From contig NW_008806284.1 of the NCBI RefSeq assembly GCF_000400465.1, positions 120,001 through 182,000 of the forward strand: a stretch of DNA of 62,000 nt. Reading direction: 5' to 3'. The position numbers and the translations under genes were made by a program. The first letter of the stretch is position 1, and every line of letters begins with the position of its first letter. Source of the DNA: Wallemia ichthyophaga EXF-994. Its lineage: Eukaryota; Fungi; Basidiomycota. Shown here piece by piece: positions 57,729-62,000 of this stretch. The notes beneath the pieces were generated by a model. That model saw only the letters and a list, made by a program, of their open reading frames with translations. It searched no databases and was not told the origin of the DNA.

Positions 57729-60022
57729 ATGAGCTACAATGATTATGACAATGATGGCTACTACGACGCCTACGACGATGAATATTCTACACGTTCTCGC
57801 AAGCCAACCAATTACAGCTTAGGCGTCCCCTCCTACAATCCCCGCTACAAAGGATCTAATTACCGCGAAGAGCCAATCAAATTGAGTGCAGAAAATGACC
57901 ACGTCATTATCCTTGGCTTTGAGGATTACTGGACTGAAGATGACGTGCGAAGATGACGCTGTTCCTCACCCCAACACTCACTGACTGTTCCACACAGCTG
58001 AGGCTTGCTATCGAGACCCTTGGTGGTAGCGTTGAAACCACTACAATCATCAAGGAGAAAGGCACTGGTGGGTTGTTATATTTGTTTGTCGAATTCCACT
58101 CACTATCCCACTCCTCACCAGGTATCAGCCGTGGTTTCGGTTTCGCTAAATTCACTTCCACCGCACATGCCTCCGCTTTCGTCAAACCCCGTTTCCCCAG
58201 TTTCCAGTTGCCTGGTTCTGCCCTCACACAGAAGATCGACTTTAGTGCTTCTGCTCAAGCTAACGAACAGCGGCGGACAGGTCACAACAAAAACGACGGT
58301 ACCCGCGATATTGGTAATGTTCCCAGTCGTATCGTACTACTCCGCGGTCTAGACGCCGACAGCACCGAGTTTGATGTCGAGTATGCCCTCAAATGCGCAC
58401 AAGCCAAGCCTAAACGCGTTGCATTGATACGCGATCGCGAGAATGACCTTAGCTTTGGCTTCGCTTTTGCAGAATTCCCAAACGTTGCCGCTGCTCAGGC
58501 ATTTATTGCTAAAACCCTTTCTCCTGATGTCTACCCAATCGGGTTCAGAATACAGGATAAATTGGTAGCATGTACTTTCGCACTCGAGTTGAGTCTTTCA
58601 GGCTTAGAGGCACCTAAAGGTCTCAATGATGGTATTCGCTATTGGGACGGCACCGGGAAGCCGTGGATAATAGATTGCGATGAGGGCTGGCTCGAAGCTG
58701 CGCAGAAAACAAAGAAGAAACAGAGTGAGTGTGAGACGATTGCATTCTGGGCAGCGCGCTGAGTGGTTATTTAGAAGTAGACAACGGTACTAGAGGCGTC
58801 TTGCACGGCTTGGTACCTCAAGGCCCGCCATCTAAAGCAGAGCAGAGCAAGAAACCAAAGGCATTGAGCAAGACTTCGACAGGCCCCATTAAGATTGGAA
58901 TAGGTGGTGGCGCTGCGAGTGCTCTGGCATCTGGTTCGGCTACTCCGGCTGCATCTGCTACGTCTGCTCCGTCTACTGCTGCCCCTCAACACAACCCAGG
59001 CAAGCCGAAACACATCTCTATATTGGGACAGGATGAGTCAGACGATGATGATGTTAGTGGTGTCGATCCGACGTGAGTAGAATAGCGTTGTTTGACTTGT
59101 GACTTGCTCAAACATTCACAGCGCTCCTGACGATAAGTCAAAGAAAACAATTCCGCAACTAGCTACCAATAAGAAAGTAGGTTGAGTCGGATTTTTTGTC
59201 ACAGGAACAAGCTGACAGTTTAAAGACTGCGTCTAAAATCAATCTATGGAATCAAAAGCAGGGGGAGTTGAGAACGACAATGAATGAAAGTGGTGATGAG
59301 ACGAAGGCGACGGGTGAGGTAGGTGTTGTTGGTGTTATTTTGGCAAGCACTGACGTGAGATTAGAATAGAGCAGCAGCAAATGGACCTGAAGCCGACGCA
59401 CCAGCGGTCAATGCAACTCCAGCATCCAAAGACAGCAATGAATTAACAAGCTTTGATTATTCAGATACGTCCAAAATGGCTTGTTTACTCTGTCAGCGTC
59501 AGTTTAAAGCTTTAGATATACTGCGCAAGCACACTGCACAGTCCGATCTGCACAAGGTGGGTTGGGAGCGTGAGGAAACTTGCAAGCAATCTCACACATG
59601 CATCACAGAACAACCTCAAGAATGAGCAAGCGTGCGAAGCGGGCAAGCAGCGTAAATGGACAATCAGCCCCAAGTACACTGACAGGGCAGTGAAGCGTCG
59701 TGAAGTATACGGCCAGCCTGATAACCCAGTTGGAGGGCCAAACAAAAAGAGGAAGAGTGAGGGCGTAGACGTGAGTGCGGCTGGACCAAGTGAAGAAGCA
59801 GTGGATAAGGGAAAGAATCTGCTCGAGAAGATGGGATGGAATCAAGGAGCGGGATTGGGGAATAAGAATGATGGGATAGTCAACCCAGTTGAGAGTCTCA
59901 TCTATGAAGGTAAAGCGGGTCTGGGGGCGAGTAAGGGCAAGGATATTGGATATGCTGGTAGGGGATATCTAGAGAATGCTAGAGTAGCAGCGAAAGAGAG
60001 GTATGAAGATGATAAGTCGTAA
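57729..60022 (+). CDS. RBM5/RBM10-like splicing factor (two RRMs, C2H2 zinc finger, G-patch)
   Basis: RNP1 motifs RGFGFAKF and FGFAFAEF, zinc finger CLLCQRQF...LRKH...SDLHK and G-patch KGKNLLEKMGWNQGAGLG. Multi-exon. Confidence 0.88.
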
Positions 60023-60175
60023 GGTATTGATGGATTATTTTGTATTGAAATGCTTGATAATCAAATTTTCATGAGATGATTTATAGAGTTAAATGATGAT
60101 GAAGGAAGGAAAGATGACATTTGAGTAATACTGGCTTACTTTTAGTTATTTAAAAGACATAAATGGTTTCATAAG

Positions 60176-60804
60176 ATGACAATCACGATTGAAACTGCGG
60201 TTGGAGATAAAGGCGAGGTGTTTGAGGCGTGTTTAGGTATACGAATGAAGGGTCAGTAGGGAACACATGTGTGTGATTACAAGTTGAGATATATTCAGTA
60301 TTCGTACAAGAACAAGGGTTTGTAGATGAGATTGATAAGTTAGTTTCTGCGTCGGGTGTTTTAAAGGCTTACGTGTATTTCAGTAATGAATCAGCTGCGA
60401 TACACATACTAGCTTTAGATCAAGGTAAACCAGTTGGTACTGTTAGATTGGTGTTGAAGAATGAAGAGAAATGTAAATTAACAAGGTTGGCTGTGTTAAG
60501 TGAATACAGTTAGTTATATTTCCTGCTGATGAATCCCTTTAAATCTTAAACACTTGAACTTACAGGAAAATTTAAACTTGGTGGAATGTTAATAGAGACA
60601 CTGATAAACAAAGCAAGACAACTCCAATTGAAAGAGATTATCTGCCATTCTCAATTGCCTGTCGTTGGTCTCTATCAGAGGTATGTCACCCCCACTTGAC
60701 TCATATTCCCGATGTCAATCCATCCCAGGTACGGGTTTCAAGTTTTTGGTGGTAAATTTGATGAGGATGGTGCACCACACCTTCCACTAAACTTGCACTT
60801 GTAG
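60176..60804 (+). CDS. GNAT acetyltransferase, ElaA/YjcF-like; five exons; absent from the ORF track
   Basis: Spliced product MTITIETAVGDKGEVFEACLGIRMK|VFVQEQGF..EID...PVGTVRL...KLTRLAVLSEYR|KFKLG...HSQ.PVVGLYQR|YGF...F.EDGAPH...*. Confidence 0.85.
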
Positions 60805-60881
60805 ATAAATCAAAATTTTCAATTTTATCATCTAAATTTATGCCGCTGCTGACTTACATTCATCAGGAAAATAAAAAAATA

Positions 60882-62000
60882 ATGAGGGGCAAGAAGACGG
60901 TAAAGCAGCCACAGCAGCCACAGCAGAGGCGTAGATCTTCAAGGAGCAGTGTAGTTCAACAGCGCAGGGATTCAATGGATAGCGCCAGTGCTAGTGCGAG
61001 TGGAGCTAGCACATCGACACCAACAAAGCCAGTATCACCGCATTCATCACCTATTATACAGAGAGTATTTAATACGACTTCAATACCTGCTATAGGCGCA
61101 TTACCCATTCAATTCGATCAAGAAGGTGATCCAATTCCTTATACAACAACAGCGAATTCTGCAACTGCAGGCAAATCTACAATCCCAATACCACCATCCC
61201 AGCCATTGGACTTGAATAGAGTTAGATTAGAAGCTCCACATGAGCCTAGTAGAACTAAGCACAGAATGTTCAATTTGCCTCATTGTCCTGTCTTCTATCC
61301 AACTGAACAGGAATGGAATCTTAACCCTTTTGAATACTTGGAATCCTTATCCGATAATCATAAGGCTTATGATTACGGTATTTGTAAGATTGTACCACCA
61401 CCCAACTGGAGACCTGAATTCAGCTTGGATTCCAGTAGATTTAGGTTTAGAAGCAGATCTCAGAAGCTAGACACTGTCACTGCTTCTGCTAGAGTCAAGC
61501 ATAATTACTCAAAGCAATTGTTTCGCTTCCATGACCAGAATGGCTCAAATTTATCACCTAATCCACACGTAGATCATCGCCCAATTGACCTTTATAAGCT
61601 CAAAGTTGATGTTGCTAGTTTGGGTGGTTTCGATATGGTTAGTTGGTTTAATCATCTTGATTCCCACTCATTTCCACTTTCACAGGTTGAAATCTCTAAC
61701 CAATGGTCACTCATCGCTAAAGAACACGGATTAAAAAAAGTCAAACCTTTCGTTCAACCTTTTAGACAAGCTTACATTGATTACATTAAGCCTTACGAGA
61801 CTTTTATCTCAACTTTCAAGGCTAAATCTGACAAGGATCGTCAAGGCGAAATTGATATGAGTTTTGATGACATGGACAACATCAAATATAGGCTCAATGG
61901 CGAAAACAGCTATGATGAAATCAACAAGTCCGAGATCAACAACGGCGGCGATCAAATATTGCAAAATGTCGACCTCGAACAGGGCTCGGCGCTCCCGAAA
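60882..62000 (+). CDS. 5' part of a KDM5/JARID1-family histone demethylase (JmjN plus ARID); runs off the window end
   Basis: JmjN CPVFYPTEQEW...YGICKIVPP.NWRP, FRFRSRSQKL and ARID PIDLYKLK..V..LGGFD. One short intron at about 61638-61685. Confidence 0.9.
   Translation, partial: MRGKKTVKQPQQPQQRRRSSRSSVVQQRRDSMDSASASASGASTSTPTKPVSPHSSPIIQRVFNTTSIPAIGALPIQFDQEGDPIPYTTTANSATAGKSTIPIPPSQPLDLNRVRLEAPHEPSRTKHRMFNLPHCPVFYPTEQEWNLNPFEYLESLSDNHKAYDYGICKIVPPPNWRPEFSLDSSRFRFRSRSQKLDTVTASARVKHNYSKQLFRFHDQNGSNLSPNPHVDHRPIDLYKLKVDVASLGGFDMVSWFNHLDSHSFPLSQVEISNQWSLIAKEHGLKKVKPFVQPFRQAYIDYIKPYETFISTFKAKSDKDRQGEIDMSFDDMDNIKYRLNGENSYDEINKSEINNGGDQILQNVDLEQGSALPK

Overview
Eukaryotic (fungal) genomic DNA, extremely gene-dense, with short spliceosomal introns (mostly about 45-65 nt; GTRAGT/GTGGGT donors, CTRAC branch points, YAG acceptors). 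Intergenic gaps are often under 100 bp. This architecture resembles a compact basidiomycete such as Wallemia (inference only). About 33 protein-coding genes are supported, mostly housekeeping: ITT1-like RBR ligase, CWF19L1, FMP52, SDS3-like, UTP22, RPT4, clathrin heavy chain, myosin V, UGP1, ELP4, eIF3h, IDI1, MED21, ERF2-like, MIS12, ASA1, LTN1, ATM1, NDUFB4, RBM5/10-like, a GNAT and KDM5. There is also one intron-containing tRNA-Glu(TTC). Highlights: (1) a free-standing DUF2156 aminoacyl-tRNA transferase lies head-to-head with a GDSAG alpha/beta-hydrolase, resembling the ErdS/ErdH steryl-amino-acid system but lacking the AspRS domain; it sits in a run of four lipid-modifying genes. (2) Acetate kinase and phosphoketolase are co-oriented with only 14 bp between stop and ATG. 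(3) An unannotated, decayed, inverted second copy of the phosphoketolase fills the only large 'intergenic' gap, with the tRNA gene nested inside it. (4) A tandem duplication at FMP52 shows reciprocal gene loss. No CRISPR array, rRNA or recognisable transposon was found. Exon boundaries were read by eye and are approximate where stated.
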